A stretch of 64,000 nucleotides of DNA from the NCBI GenBank assembly GCA_963665815.1, contig OY762463.1, positions 3,136,001-3,200,000 of the forward strand. Reading direction: 5' to 3'. This DNA is from Candidatus Cloacimonadales bacterium (GTDB lineage Bacteria > Cloacimonadota > Cloacimonadia > Cloacimonadales > JAIOQZ01). Positions 19,952 to 30,602 of the stretch are shown in pieces (position 1 is the stretch's first letter; each line of letters begins with the position of its first letter). The notes beneath the pieces were generated by a model. It was not told the origin of the DNA, searched no databases, and worked only from the letters and a program-made list of their open reading frames with translations. The translations under genes were made by a program, and so were the position numbers.

Positions 19952-21256
19952 TTGGCTGCAAAATATAAAGTACCTAGAGGTACATACGATATTCTACCTG
20001 ATGTATCTGATAAATGGATATATCTGGAAAACATGTTTAAAAAACTGGCATTATCTTTTGATTATAAGCTGATTGTTACACCAATATTCGAAAAGTCCGA
20101 CCTGTTTGAAAGAAGTGTCGGAGATACATCTGATATTGTCGAAAAGGAAATGTATAAATTTCAGGATAAAAAGGGCAGGATGTTTGCTCTCAGACCTGAA
20201 GGAACTGCTCCTGTTGTCAGAAGTTATGTCGAAAACAATCTTGGAATTGGTAACTCAGTCGTGAAGCTTATGTATCATGGTCCGATGTTCCGTTATGACA
20301 GACCTCAGAAAGGACGTTACAGACAATTTTATCAATATGGCGTTGAGGCTATTGGTTCTAATAATCCTTATATTGATGCAGAAGTAATTACTCTTGCATA
20401 TTCATTCCTGAAGAATCTGGGACTCAGCAATTTTAATCTTGAGATTAACAATATAGGCTGCCCTGTCTGTTCAAAAGACTACGATAAAGCTCTGGTCGAA
20501 TACTTTGAGCAGTATAGAGAACAATTATGCCCTGACTGTCAGAAAAGAATGCATAAGAATCCGAAAAGACTTCTTGACTGTAAGGTTAAGACATGTAAAG
20601 AAATCGGAGCAGATGCACCGGTGATAACCGACTATCTTGACGATGAATGCAGAACTCACTTTGAGCAGGTACAGAACTATCTTACTCAGATGGATGTACC
20701 TTTTGAAGTAAATCCCCGCATAGTGAGAGGACTTGATTATTATACCGGAACAGCATTTGAAATTATTAATAATGGACTGAAAACTCAGAATGCGCTGCTT
20801 GGAGGAGGCCGATACAATAGCCTTACTGAGCAGGTTGGTGGAAAACCACAACCGGGAATCGGATTTGCCGGAGGATTTGAAAGGCTCTTGATTGCAATAG
20901 AAGAAGCAAACCTGGAACTGCCTTTCGAAAACTTGCCGGATGTCTATATGATTGATCTGGGTGAAAAGGCTCAGAATATGATGCCCGGACTGATTTTGAA
21001 TCTTAGAAACAACGGATTACATGTTAGTTATGATATAGATAAAACATCAATGAAAGCGCAGATGAAGGCAGCTGATAAATCCGGTGCACAATGTGTTATT
21101 ATCATCGGAGATGAAGAAATTGAGAATAATGCTGTCAATGTTAAGAATATGAATTGCAGAACTCAGAAACAAGTTAAACTTGATGCTGTAAGAGAACTGA
21201 ACAATGAGAGTTTTGCTGAATTAATGGCTGAATTAGCCGATTTACAGGAGAAATAA
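19952..21256 (+). CDS. hisS: Histidine--tRNA ligase
   Basis: PRGTYD, LRPEGTA, FRYDRPQKGRYRQF, RGLDYY, GGGRY; TTG start after GGAG. Confidence 0.97.
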   Translation: MAAKYKVPRGTYDILPDVSDKWIYLENMFKKLALSFDYKLIVTPIFEKSDLFERSVGDTSDIVEKEMYKFQDKKGRMFALRPEGTAPVVRSYVENNLGIGNSVVKLMYHGPMFRYDRPQKGRYRQFYQYGVEAIGSNNPYIDAEVITLAYSFLKNLGLSNFNLEINNIGCPVCSKDYDKALVEYFEQYREQLCPDCQKRMHKNPKRLLDCKVKTCKEIGADAPVITDYLDDECRTHFEQVQNYLTQMDVPFEVNPRIVRGLDYYTGTAFEIINNGLKTQNALLGGGRYNSLTEQVGGKPQPGIGFAGGFERLLIAIEEANLELPFENLPDVYMIDLGEKAQNMMPGLILNLRNNGLHVSYDIDKTSMKAQMKAADKSGAQCVIIIGDEEIENNAVNVKNMNCRTQKQVKLDAVRELNNESFAELMAELADLQEK

Positions 21257-22780
21257 ATGGCAAAGAAAAATAGAACAGCAATAGAACCAACCAGAAGTGA
21301 AAACTATCCACAATGGTACCTGAACGTTATAAAAGCGGCAGAGCTTGCTGAAAATAGTGACGTAAGAGGTTGTATGGTTATTAAACCCTGGGGATACGCT
21401 ATCTGGGAAAACATGCAGAGAGCTCTGGATGATATGTTCAAGGAAACGGGACATGTGAACGCTTACTTTCCTCTCTTTATTCCAAAGAGTTATTTTGAAA
21501 AAGAAGCTGAGCATGTGGAAGGTTTTGCTAAAGAATGTGCTGTTGTTACACATTCAAGACTGGAGGACGATGGTAATGGTGGATTAAAAACTGCCAGTCC
21601 GTTAACTGAGCCTTTAATTATCAGACCTACCAGTGAAACTATCATTGGAGCATCTTTCAGTAAATGGATTAACTCATACAGGGATTTACCCTTACTGATC
21701 AACCAATGGGCGAATGTTGTTCGTTGGGAAATGCGAACAAGGCTATTCCTGCGTACTTCTGAATTCTTGTGGCAGGAAGGACATACGGCTCATGAAACAG
21801 AGCAGGAAGCAATTGATGAGACATTCAAAATGCTGGATGTTTATGCTGATTTCCTTGAGAATCACCTTGCTGTTCCGGTTATTAAGGGTCGGAAAACGGA
21901 ATCAGAGAAATTCCCGGGAGCTATTGATACATATTGTGTTGAAGCAATAATGCAGGATAACAAAGCTCTGCAAGCGGGAACCTCACATTTTCTGGGACAG
22001 AATTTTGCCAAAGTGTTTGATATCAAATATCTGAGTAAAGAAGGTAAGGAAGAATTTGCATGGACAACATCCTGGGGTGTTTCAACTCGTTTAATCGGGG
22101 CTCTATTGATGACTCATAGTGATGATAACGGACTTGTAATTCCTCCAAGAGTCGCACCTGCTCATATAGCTGTTATTCCATTTTCGAAAACTGAAGATGA
22201 CAAGAAAATGGTAGATGAGTTTATTGATAAACTTAACAGCAGATTGAAAGACATTCGATATCATGGTAAAAAACTCATTGTGAGAGTTGATGATAGAGAT
22301 GTAACGGGAAGTGAAAAATCATGGTACTGGATTAAAAAAGGAATGCCGATAAGGATTGAGATTGGACCTCGAGACATTCAGAAAAATTCTGTTTTCCTCG
22401 GTAGAAGGGATCTAGGTCCAAAAGATAAAAAAGCATATAACGTAGATGAATTTGTAGATTCAGTATGCTCAATACTGGATGATATCCAAAATAACTTATA
22501 TAACAGAGCTCTGGAATTCAGGAAAGAGAAATCTGTTATAATTGATGAAAAGGAAAAATTTTACAGTTTCTTTACTCCTGAGAATGAAGAAAATCCTGAG
22601 ATTCATGGTGGCTTTGTTTATTCTCACTGGTGTGGCTCAGCAGAATGTGAAGAGAAGATTAAGAATGATCTGAAAGTTACAATTCGCTGTATACCTCTTG
22701 AAAATGAGCAGGTTGATGGAAAATGTATCTGCTGTGGAGGAGAGAGTAAAGAACGTGTATTATTGGCAAAGAGTTACTAA
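21257..22780 (+). CDS. proS: Proline--tRNA ligase, archaeal/eukaryote-like type
   Basis: RPTSET, NQWANVVRWE, FLRTSEFLWQEGHT, QAGTSHFLGQNF, SWGVSTR; C-terminal Cys domain ending AKSY. Confidence 0.96.
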   Translation: MAKKNRTAIEPTRSENYPQWYLNVIKAAELAENSDVRGCMVIKPWGYAIWENMQRALDDMFKETGHVNAYFPLFIPKSYFEKEAEHVEGFAKECAVVTHSRLEDDGNGGLKTASPLTEPLIIRPTSETIIGASFSKWINSYRDLPLLINQWANVVRWEMRTRLFLRTSEFLWQEGHTAHETEQEAIDETFKMLDVYADFLENHLAVPVIKGRKTESEKFPGAIDTYCVEAIMQDNKALQAGTSHFLGQNFAKVFDIKYLSKEGKEEFAWTTSWGVSTRLIGALLMTHSDDNGLVIPPRVAPAHIAVIPFSKTEDDKKMVDEFIDKLNSRLKDIRYHGKKLIVRVDDRDVTGSEKSWYWIKKGMPIRIEIGPRDIQKNSVFLGRRDLGPKDKKAYNVDEFVDSVCSILDDIQNNLYNRALEFRKEKSVIIDEKEKFYSFFTPENEENPEIHGGFVYSHWCGSAECEEKIKNDLKVTIRCIPLENEQVDGKCICCGGESKERVLLAKSY

Positions 22781-22782
22781 TT

Positions 22783-23109
22783 ATGAAGTTCTGGCTTAAA
22801 CGGGAATCAACGTTTATATATCTTGATCAGCTATTGAAGGCTGCGGGTATATTTGAAGATTACGAAGAGATAAAAGACAAAATCAACAGAGCATATATTT
22901 CTGTAAACGGATCAGTAGAGACCAAAAGAAGAAAGATGCTGGTTGAGGGAGATATCGTAAGCTTCAGGGACTACCATATTAAGATTGTCGGTTCTAAAGA
23001 GGCAAAGATTCAGAGAATCCGAAAGAATGCTTCCGGAGTTATAAAACACGGAGAGTCTCTGCCGAACTGGACTGAGTTCAAAGTAAAAAACAAGAACAAT
23101 AAGGAATAA
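22783..23109 (+). CDS. S4-domain RNA-binding protein (YaaA/YbcJ-like)
   Basis: FIYLDQLLKAAG..VNGSVETKRRKMLVEGD. Confidence 0.8.
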   Translation: MKFWLKRESTFIYLDQLLKAAGIFEDYEEIKDKINRAYISVNGSVETKRRKMLVEGDIVSFRDYHIKIVGSKEAKIQRIRKNASGVIKHGESLPNWTEFKVKNKNNKE

Positions 23110-24320
23110 TGTTGATAGCAAAAGTTATTTCTATTGGTAATGAAATACTTATTGGTAAGACCGTAAATACTAATTTGACATTCATAGGCAGACAGTTATC
23201 ATCTCTTGGGATTCAGATTGTAAAGAATCTGGTAATCCGGGATGATTATGATACAATTAAAAAAACTATTTTAACCGAGTTCAAAGATTGTGATTTACTT
23301 ATTACAACCGGAGGACTCGGTCCTACTACTGACGATATAAGCAAAAATGCAATTGCAGAGGCTTTTAACAAAAAGCTTATCTATTCTGAAGGGCTATGGA
23401 AAAGAATTGAAGAAATCTTCAAAGGCAGAGGTATTGCAATACCGGATACGAATAAAGGTCAGGCATTGTATCCTGAGGATTTCGAGCTTCTTGACAATGC
23501 AATAGGCACAGCTCCTGGATTAATGTATAGATTTGATAAAAAAATTTTTATCGCCATGCCGGGTGTTCCACGAGAAATGAAGTATATCACTGATAATTCA
23601 ATTTTACCATTACTATCAGAATATTCAGAGGATTTTTTCCTCAAGGAAATTCATACTGCTGAGATACCGGAATCAGAGATTGCAGAGCGTCTTCAGGATA
23701 TGGAAGTACCTGAAAACATGAATGTTGCGTTCCTCCCTTCAGCAGGCAGAGTGACAATCAGATTATATGGTCAGAACAAGGTTGGAATTGAGTCGATTGA
23801 AAAAAAAGTGATAAAAAGGTTGCATAAATTTGTTTGGGGTTACGATGATGTTACACTTGTACAAACATTGTTTAAATTTATCAGCGAAAGAGAATTTACC
23901 CTCTCAGTAGCTGAGTCTTGTACAGGTGGTCTACTTCAGAAACTGATAACAGACGAGCCGGGAGCATCTGCTATATTTAATGGCGGAGTTACAGCTTATT
24001 CGAATGAAGTGAAAATCAGTTTGCTGAATGTCAGTCGAGATACTCTTGCAGAGCATGGTGCCGTAAGTTACAAAACGGCAGAAGAAATGGCTGATGGAGT
24101 AAGGAAAGCTTTGAATGCAGATATTGGAGTTAGTGTAACCGGAGTCGCCGGACCTGATGGTGGTTCGGAGAGTAAACCTGTTGGAACAGTGTTTATTGGA
24201 TATTCGGATAAAAACACAACTTTTTCTGTGAAATACAATCTGTTTGGAAACAGAAGTATGATAAGAAGTAAGGCTGTAGACAGAATGATTCTGACAATAA
24301 TCAGGGAGTTAAGGAAATAG
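23109..24320 (+). CDS. cinA: CinA / NMN deamidase (PncC) fusion
   Basis: IGNEILIG..NTN, GGLGPTTDD, MPGVPREM, AESCTGG, GVAGPDGG. Confidence 0.93.
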   Translation: MLIAKVISIGNEILIGKTVNTNLTFIGRQLSSLGIQIVKNLVIRDDYDTIKKTILTEFKDCDLLITTGGLGPTTDDISKNAIAEAFNKKLIYSEGLWKRIEEIFKGRGIAIPDTNKGQALYPEDFELLDNAIGTAPGLMYRFDKKIFIAMPGVPREMKYITDNSILPLLSEYSEDFFLKEIHTAEIPESEIAERLQDMEVPENMNVAFLPSAGRVTIRLYGQNKVGIESIEKKVIKRLHKFVWGYDDVTLVQTLFKFISEREFTLSVAESCTGGLLQKLITDEPGASAIFNGGVTAYSNEVKISLLNVSRDTLAEHGAVSYKTAEEMADGVRKALNADIGVSVTGVAGPDGGSESKPVGTVFIGYSDKNTTFSVKYNLFGNRSMIRSKAVDRMILTIIRELRK

Positions 24321-25567
24321 TGAAAACTTTAGTAATAGGCAGTGGTGGTCGTGAGCATGCAATAGCTGATGCACTAAATAAGAGCTCTATAATAGAAAAA
24401 GTTTATGTCAGCCCGGGAAATTCAGGAATGTCTAATGTCGCAGAAACTGTCTCATTATCAGGTTTTGATGCAATAGCTGAATTTGTTCAGGTTAACAACA
24501 TCAGTTTTGTTTTTATTGGTCCGGAGCAACCTCTTGCTGATGGTATTGTTGATTATCTGAAAGAGAGAAACATAGCTGTTATTGGTCCGGATAAAGCAGG
24601 TTCACAAATAGAAAGCTCTAAAATATGGTCTAAAAATCTGATGAAAAAATATGGAGTTCCTACTGCAGAATACGGAGTTTATGATAATTATGAAAGTGCA
24701 TGTAAAGGACTGGATAGCTTTGAACTTCCTGTTGTAATCAAGGCTGATGGTCTGGCAGCCGGGAAAGGTGTAATTATCGCCGAGAGCAGACAGGAAGCTG
24801 AAGATGCTTTAAAAGTTATGATGACAGAAATGAAGTTTGGAGAATCAGGCAGTTCGGTTGTTATTGAAGAGTTTCTCGAAGGATGGGAAACTTCAATTTT
24901 TGCATTATCTGATGGTGAGAACTATGTCTCAACTGTCTTTTCTCAGGATTTCAAAAGAGCTTTTGATAATGATAAAGGACCTAATACCGGTGGTATGGGG
25001 GCGTATGCTCCTGTAGTTGAAGCTGAACAGTACAGAGATGTAGTGCATACAGATATTTTTGACAGAATATTTTCGGGAATGAAGACGGAAGGTATAATCT
25101 ATACCGGTATTTTATATGCAGGTCTGATGATCACTGAAAACGGACCTAAAGTGATTGAGTTTAACTGTAGATTCGGTGATCCTGAAACAGAAGTAGTTTT
25201 ACCGCTTCTGAAATCCGATTTTGGACAAGTTTGTAAGGCATTAGTCGATAATGCAGTTAACAAAGTTGAACTGGAATGGGAAAATTGTGCTGTAACTGTC
25301 GTCGCTGCTTCCGGAGGATATCCAGAAGCATATAAAAAAGGAATGCCTATTGAAATTCCTGAATTGGAAAAGGGCAATGAATTTATTTACTATGCAGGCG
25401 TAAAGTCTGATAATGATAAAATGCTAACTGATGGTGGGCGTGTTTTAATGGCTGTAGCTGTCAAGGACAGCATGGAAGAAGCTCGACACAGTGCTTACAA
25501 AATAATTGATCAGATAAGTTTTAATAAAATGCAGTATAGAAATGATATTGCAAAGAAAGCCAGATAA
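24320..25567 (+). CDS. purD: Phosphoribosylamine--glycine ligase
   Basis: GSGGREHA, KADGLAAGKGV, GPNTGGMGAY, EFNCRFGDPE. Confidence 0.97.
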   Translation: MKTLVIGSGGREHAIADALNKSSIIEKVYVSPGNSGMSNVAETVSLSGFDAIAEFVQVNNISFVFIGPEQPLADGIVDYLKERNIAVIGPDKAGSQIESSKIWSKNLMKKYGVPTAEYGVYDNYESACKGLDSFELPVVIKADGLAAGKGVIIAESRQEAEDALKVMMTEMKFGESGSSVVIEEFLEGWETSIFALSDGENYVSTVFSQDFKRAFDNDKGPNTGGMGAYAPVVEAEQYRDVVHTDIFDRIFSGMKTEGIIYTGILYAGLMITENGPKVIEFNCRFGDPETEVVLPLLKSDFGQVCKALVDNAVNKVELEWENCAVTVVAASGGYPEAYKKGMPIEIPELEKGNEFIYYAGVKSDNDKMLTDGGRVLMAVAVKDSMEEARHSAYKIIDQISFNKMQYRNDIAKKAR

Positions 25568-25577
25568 TGAGGTATAA

Positions 25578-28500
25578 ATGAGATACAGAATAATCCTGAC
25601 TTTAATGTTAATCTTTTCAGGATTGATTTTTGCCGATAACATCGAAGTTTTGAATCAGACAGAAGACGCTGTTACTTTAAGGTTTACCATACCTGATTAT
25701 ACAATTTCACAGGTACGGAAAGAAGGGCAGCTTTTTAATGTTATTGAATGTAAAGAAGCAATTTCTTCATCAGAAGAAGGTTCTCCGATATTACCGTATT
25801 TTACTGAAGTGATCGGACTCCCTGCAGATGGGCAGATGCATATATCAATATTGAATTCACAGAAGGAGTATTCTGACAATATGAGGATTATCCCTCAGGA
25901 AATGATAACTCCGGTTGACGAATCATATGAAAAATCTTTTTATATTGATAATGCAGTATATTCATCAAGAAAATACATTCCTGAAAATATAGTATCTGAC
26001 GAGGGTACTGCATTATACAGAAACTGGAACTTCGGAACAATCCGAATTAATCCGTTTCGGTTCAATCCTCTTTCCGGAAGATTAGAAATTATCAATTCAA
26101 TGGATATTCAAATAAACATATCCGGTACAAAAACAGTGCCTCATTCAATGAGAAGCTCAAATATACCAGGTATGGAAATGGTGAGTGAGCTTGCTGTTAA
26201 TGGTAATATTTCCAGAAACTGGGTAAATCCTATTGCTCAGACCAGTCAGAGTGATAATAATACAAGATCAATGAACAGATCAAATGATATTGAAGAAATA
26301 CAGATACTTGTAAGCAGTGATGGAATATACAAAATTTATTATAGAGATCTGGTTGACTCTCTGGTTATAAGAGAAAACTTTACTGGTAGCAGTGTATTTG
26401 ATTGGGATAACATTGATCCCAGATATCTGGAATTATATGATGAAGACGGAATTGTACCTATTCATTTCCCCGGAGAGATTGATGGTCATTTTTCACGTGG
26501 TGAATACTTTGAATTTTATGGGAAGTTCCATAGAGGCGAAACCTGCTATTATGATGATTATACATGTGAGAATGTCTATACACTTAGATTAGTTCCATAC
26601 TATGGAGCAAGAATGGCTGTTGAAAATGGCGGACTCCAGGTGACAAATCCATCAGATTATATTTCTCCTCGTGCATACAGGCAAAAAGTTCATTTCGAAA
26701 AGCAACTACAGTTTCAGAAACTTGGTTACAATCGATTTAACAACCGTGAAGACAGGTATTTCTGGGCTTCGATAACTGCCCCTCATTTGCTTACTATACC
26801 TTTTAATCTGCAATATCCATATGAGGCAGGGACAAGATATTTTGATGCTAAAGTCGTTCTTTTTGGAGCAACTCATAATACTTTAGATCATCCTGACCAT
26901 AATGCTGTTGTAAGAATGAATTCCGAATTGATTGGCGATCAGGAATGGTACCTGCAGTATGAAGAGGTTTTCGAAAATGATGATTATCTGCCTAATACAT
27001 CTTTGAATCATGGAAGTAATAACTTGTATATAAGTTTACCAGGAGTTGAAGGTGTTGCCCAGGAACAGGTACTTCTTGATTACTTTGAACTTGATTATTG
27101 GCGTATGTATAAAACAGATGAGGATTTTATAGAATTTTCTAAACCCTCTAACAGGTCAACAGGGTTGTATCAATTTGAATTACAATATTTTAGTTCTGAA
27201 GATGTGTCTGTATATAAAATAGGATCTTCCATCATGGAAAATGTGGAAATTATTCCTGCTGAAAATGATACAGTGTTTGAAGTACGTTTTCAGGATGATG
27301 TTCTTTCTGATGATATTATGTACTATGCTGTTTCTGAGTCCAATAAGAAATCTCCAATAAAAGTAAGATTTAACTATCCGTCAAATCTGAAATCCGAGCA
27401 GAATTATGCTAATTATGTTATAGTTACCGGTACACAGTTTGTTGATTGTGATGGAACAACACTACTCCATAATTTATGGGAGGAGTATGATGTTAATGTA
27501 TATGGACATAATATTGAAGTAGAAGTTGTTGACGTACAGGATATTTATGATGAGTTCAATTCCGGTATTGAATCAGCTGATGCAATAAAAGATTTTTTCA
27601 GCTATGTTTTCAATAATTGGAATGATGCACAGACATTAGGTTATAGTCTGTTTACCCATGCTCTTTTATTAGGAGAGGGAATTACTGAGCAATTGGATAA
27701 CTCAATAAACAGAAAGTATGACATTGTTCCCCCTATTCTTGTTTGGACCGAAAAACAAGGTGCAACTGCAAGTGATAACAAATACGCCTGTGTGATTGGA
27801 TCGGATAATGTTCCGGATTTTTCAATTGGCAGATTAAACGTATATACTGAAGAGCAAGTTGAAGCTGTTGCCAGAAAGACATTGCGTTACATTACAGAAC
27901 CTCAGACACAGCAGTTATGGACAAACCATGTTGTGTTGTGTGCAGGTGGTAAATCAGATGATACTCATGATCTCTTTTCCCGACAAAGTGAATCTCTTCG
28001 TAAAGGGTTTATTGATGCTTCTTTTGATGTCAGTCGAGTTTATCTGAAAACGCTTACGGTTCCTAATGTATATGGGGGAAATACATCAAATCTTCTGGAA
28101 GATATTAATGATGGTGCTTTCTTTGTACAATTTATGGGACACGGTGGTGGACAAACCTGGGATGATAATGATTTACTTAACATACAACATATTGAGACTT
28201 TTACAAATACCGCTTATCCATTCGTAAGTAGTATGTCTTGTTATGGTTCTGCGTTTGAGACTCCCGGATTAGGTAGTATGGGAGAAGCTTTAACAGTCCA
28301 TTCCAATGGTGGTGCGATTGCCCACGTAGGTTTTGCCGGTCTTGGTTACGAAATCGGTGATGAGTATTTTTCACGTTACTTATTTGATGCTTTGTTTTAC
28401 AGAAATCTTGGTAATGTTGGTTCTATTGTTGACTTTGCTAAAACAAAGATTACCCTGAAGAGACTGGTAAGTTCTCCATCTCTTGGACAGGGTTGCATAC

Positions 28501-30593
28501 TTCACGGCGATCCAATGATAAAATTCATACTACCGGAAAGAGATATACAAGTTAATGTCTCTGATTTTGCTCCTGAAGAAGGAGATACTATACGAATATC
28601 AGCGACGTTCCCTTCAGATGTTGTTGGTGCGAGAGTTAATGTATGCTCGGATGATGAAATTCCTCTCAGAGACTTTTATGAAGTCTCAACTCCTGGTGGG
28701 ATATTAATTTATGATTATGTTGTTCCTGCAAATTTCAATGAGAATAACTATCTCAGAGAAATAAGGGTCTTGGGATATTCTCACAATATGCTGTATTCTG
28801 GTTATTCAGAGTTTTTTGTAGGGGATGATGCAGTTTTTGACAGTAGAGTAGAGCCACCTACATTTTCGGTATATGATTCTTTATACATTTCTACGCAAGT
28901 TGCACTTGAAAATGGTTTTCAGGAGTTTACGGTTATTACGGAATATGATTCAATATACACACAAAATGATACAACAGTTGTAATTATGAACAATCTGGAA
29001 GAAGTTAATATGGTATATTCAGCTGAGGACGGTAGATACAGAAGTGAACGCCCTCTCAGAAAATTGAGATATGATACTGAAATGAAATACTATTTCCATA
29101 TTGTAAAATCAAATGGTACTCAAAGCGATTATAGAAATGAAGATAGAATATTTGAAATAAATTGTCCGGATCTAATTATATTGTCTGTACAGGTAATTGA
29201 GGAGAATGAGAAGCCTGCTCTGAAGGTTCAGATGAAAAATCAGGGTAAATTGGCTTCCGAGCAAACCACTATGCGACTTCTAATTTACAACAATGATGGT
29301 TGGCAAGAGATGAATTTCACTGATATTCCATCCCTGCAGGTTAATGAGATATATATTCGTACAATTGACCTTTCCGGTATAACAACGGAAGGAACAATAA
29401 TTGTGATGATTAATCCAGATGAGACTTTTATTGAAACTGGATATCAAGAGAACACAAAGCAGTTAACTTTTGATATGAATCTTTTCACAGTTGATGAAAA
29501 TGGGACAGTTGTTCTCAGCCCGGATGGAAACTTGAATTGTACTATACCGGATGGAATATTCGATAGAGTTGCAATGGGCTCAGTTTCAAGAAGAGATTTG
29601 TATACTCCTGTAAATCAGGATGATATTGGAAGTAATGTTTTGGGTGGAGACAATAGTGCAGCAGCATATGAAATCTTTATGATAGATGAAGATTTTTATG
29701 CAGATAGTCTGAAAACTATTCCGAATAATGGCAGTATATCTCTTTCATTCAGTATTAATCCTGCGGATTCTTTGACCGCTTTGGCAATTGCAGATAATCA
29801 ACTGGCAGTGTATCGCTGGGAAGAAGATTTTGAAAAATGGATTTTTCAGGGAGGATTGATTTCTCGGGATAAAACGAGGATTACTAAAGAAATAACTAAA
29901 TTTGGTACATATGCTGTAATGATAAATAAAGACAGAGAGAGACCGATAGTTAAAGCCAATGTAGAAAATCAGGAATTTACTCATGGTGGATATATCTCTG
30001 GTACAGGTATAATATCGTTTGTTCTCTCAGATGGGAATGGGATTGATATCTTTGATAATCAGATCAGGATGTATCTGAATGGAGAAAAAATAGACAAAAG
30101 TGACTATACGATTGCAGCAAGCAAGGGTAATCTTACTCATATTCCTTTGAAATATAAACTGGATCTTGAAAAGGGTGAATACAACCTTATTATTGATTGT
30201 CAGGATGTAAATGGAAACTTCAGCGAACATAAAATACAATTTATTGTGAATAATCATTTTGATATCATAAATGTTGGTAACTATCCTAATCCGGTTATTA
30301 CAAAGACTTACGAAAGTGATAACTCGGGAAGAACTAGATTTACATATGTTCTGACAGATGATGCCGATTATGTGAGTATCAGAATTTATACTGTTAGTGG
30401 TCGACTTGTAAAATCGTTTAATGATCTCAATAGTTCTGTGGGATATCATGAATTTCCACGTACGATAAGAGGATGGGATTGTAGAGATGAACTAGGTCGG
30501 GAATTGGCTAATGGAGTTTACTTTTATAGGATTACTGCCAGAAAAGGTGGAAAGACTATTAAGAAAACGGAAAAAATGGCTATATTAAAATAA
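25578..30593 (+). CDS. C25 (gingipain/PorU-like) cysteine peptidase with propeptide, CARDB-like domain and C-terminal T9SS/FlgD-Ig-type sorting domain
   Basis: Signal peptide; DIYDEFNSG, SDNKY, IGRL, catalytic MGHG and MSC, LHGDP; C-terminus NYPNP..IRIYTVSGRLV..WDCRD..G..LANGVYFYRI. Confidence 0.88.
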   Translation: MRYRIILTLMLIFSGLIFADNIEVLNQTEDAVTLRFTIPDYTISQVRKEGQLFNVIECKEAISSSEEGSPILPYFTEVIGLPADGQMHISILNSQKEYSDNMRIIPQEMITPVDESYEKSFYIDNAVYSSRKYIPENIVSDEGTALYRNWNFGTIRINPFRFNPLSGRLEIINSMDIQINISGTKTVPHSMRSSNIPGMEMVSELAVNGNISRNWVNPIAQTSQSDNNTRSMNRSNDIEEIQILVSSDGIYKIYYRDLVDSLVIRENFTGSSVFDWDNIDPRYLELYDEDGIVPIHFPGEIDGHFSRGEYFEFYGKFHRGETCYYDDYTCENVYTLRLVPYYGARMAVENGGLQVTNPSDYISPRAYRQKVHFEKQLQFQKLGYNRFNNREDRYFWASITAPHLLTIPFNLQYPYEAGTRYFDAKVVLFGATHNTLDHPDHNAVVRMNSELIGDQEWYLQYEEVFENDDYLPNTSLNHGSNNLYISLPGVEGVAQEQVLLDYFELDYWRMYKTDEDFIEFSKPSNRSTGLYQFELQYFSSEDVSVYKIGSSIMENVEIIPAENDTVFEVRFQDDVLSDDIMYYAVSESNKKSPIKVRFNYPSNLKSEQNYANYVIVTGTQFVDCDGTTLLHNLWEEYDVNVYGHNIEVEVVDVQDIYDEFNSGIESADAIKDFFSYVFNNWNDAQTLGYSLFTHALLLGEGITEQLDNSINRKYDIVPPILVWTEKQGATASDNKYACVIGSDNVPDFSIGRLNVYTEEQVEAVARKTLRYITEPQTQQLWTNHVVLCAGGKSDDTHDLFSRQSESLRKGFIDASFDVSRVYLKTLTVPNVYGGNTSNLLEDINDGAFFVQFMGHGGGQTWDDNDLLNIQHIETFTNTAYPFVSSMSCYGSAFETPGLGSMGEALTVHSNGGAIAHVGFAGLGYEIGDEYFSRYLFDALFYRNLGNVGSIVDFAKTKITLKRLVSSPSLGQGCILHGDPMIKFILPERDIQVNVSDFAPEEGDTIRISATFPSDVVGARVNVCSDDEIPLRDFYEVSTPGGILIYDYVVPANFNENNYLREIRVLGYSHNMLYSGYSEFFVGDDAVFDSRVEPPTFSVYDSLYISTQVALENGFQEFTVITEYDSIYTQNDTTVVIMNNLEEVNMVYSAEDGRYRSERPLRKLRYDTEMKYYFHIVKSNGTQSDYRNEDRIFEINCPDLIILSVQVIEENEKPALKVQMKNQGKLASEQTTMRLLIYNNDGWQEMNFTDIPSLQVNEIYIRTIDLSGITTEGTIIVMINPDETFIETGYQENTKQLTFDMNLFTVDENGTVVLSPDGNLNCTIPDGIFDRVAMGSVSRRDLYTPVNQDDIGSNVLGGDNSAAAYEIFMIDEDFYADSLKTIPNNGSISLSFSINPADSLTALAIADNQLAVYRWEEDFEKWIFQGGLISRDKTRITKEITKFGTYAVMINKDRERPIVKANVENQEFTHGGYISGTGIISFVLSDGNGIDIFDNQIRMYLNGEKIDKSDYTIAASKGNLTHIPLKYKLDLEKGEYNLIIDCQDVNGNFSEHKIQFIVNNHFDIINVGNYPNPVITKTYESDNSGRTRFTYVLTDDADYVSIRIYTVSGRLVKSFNDLNSSVGYHEFPRTIRGWDCRDELGRELANGVYFYRITARKGGKTIKKTEKMAILK

Positions 30594-30602
30594 TGGTGAA
30601 AC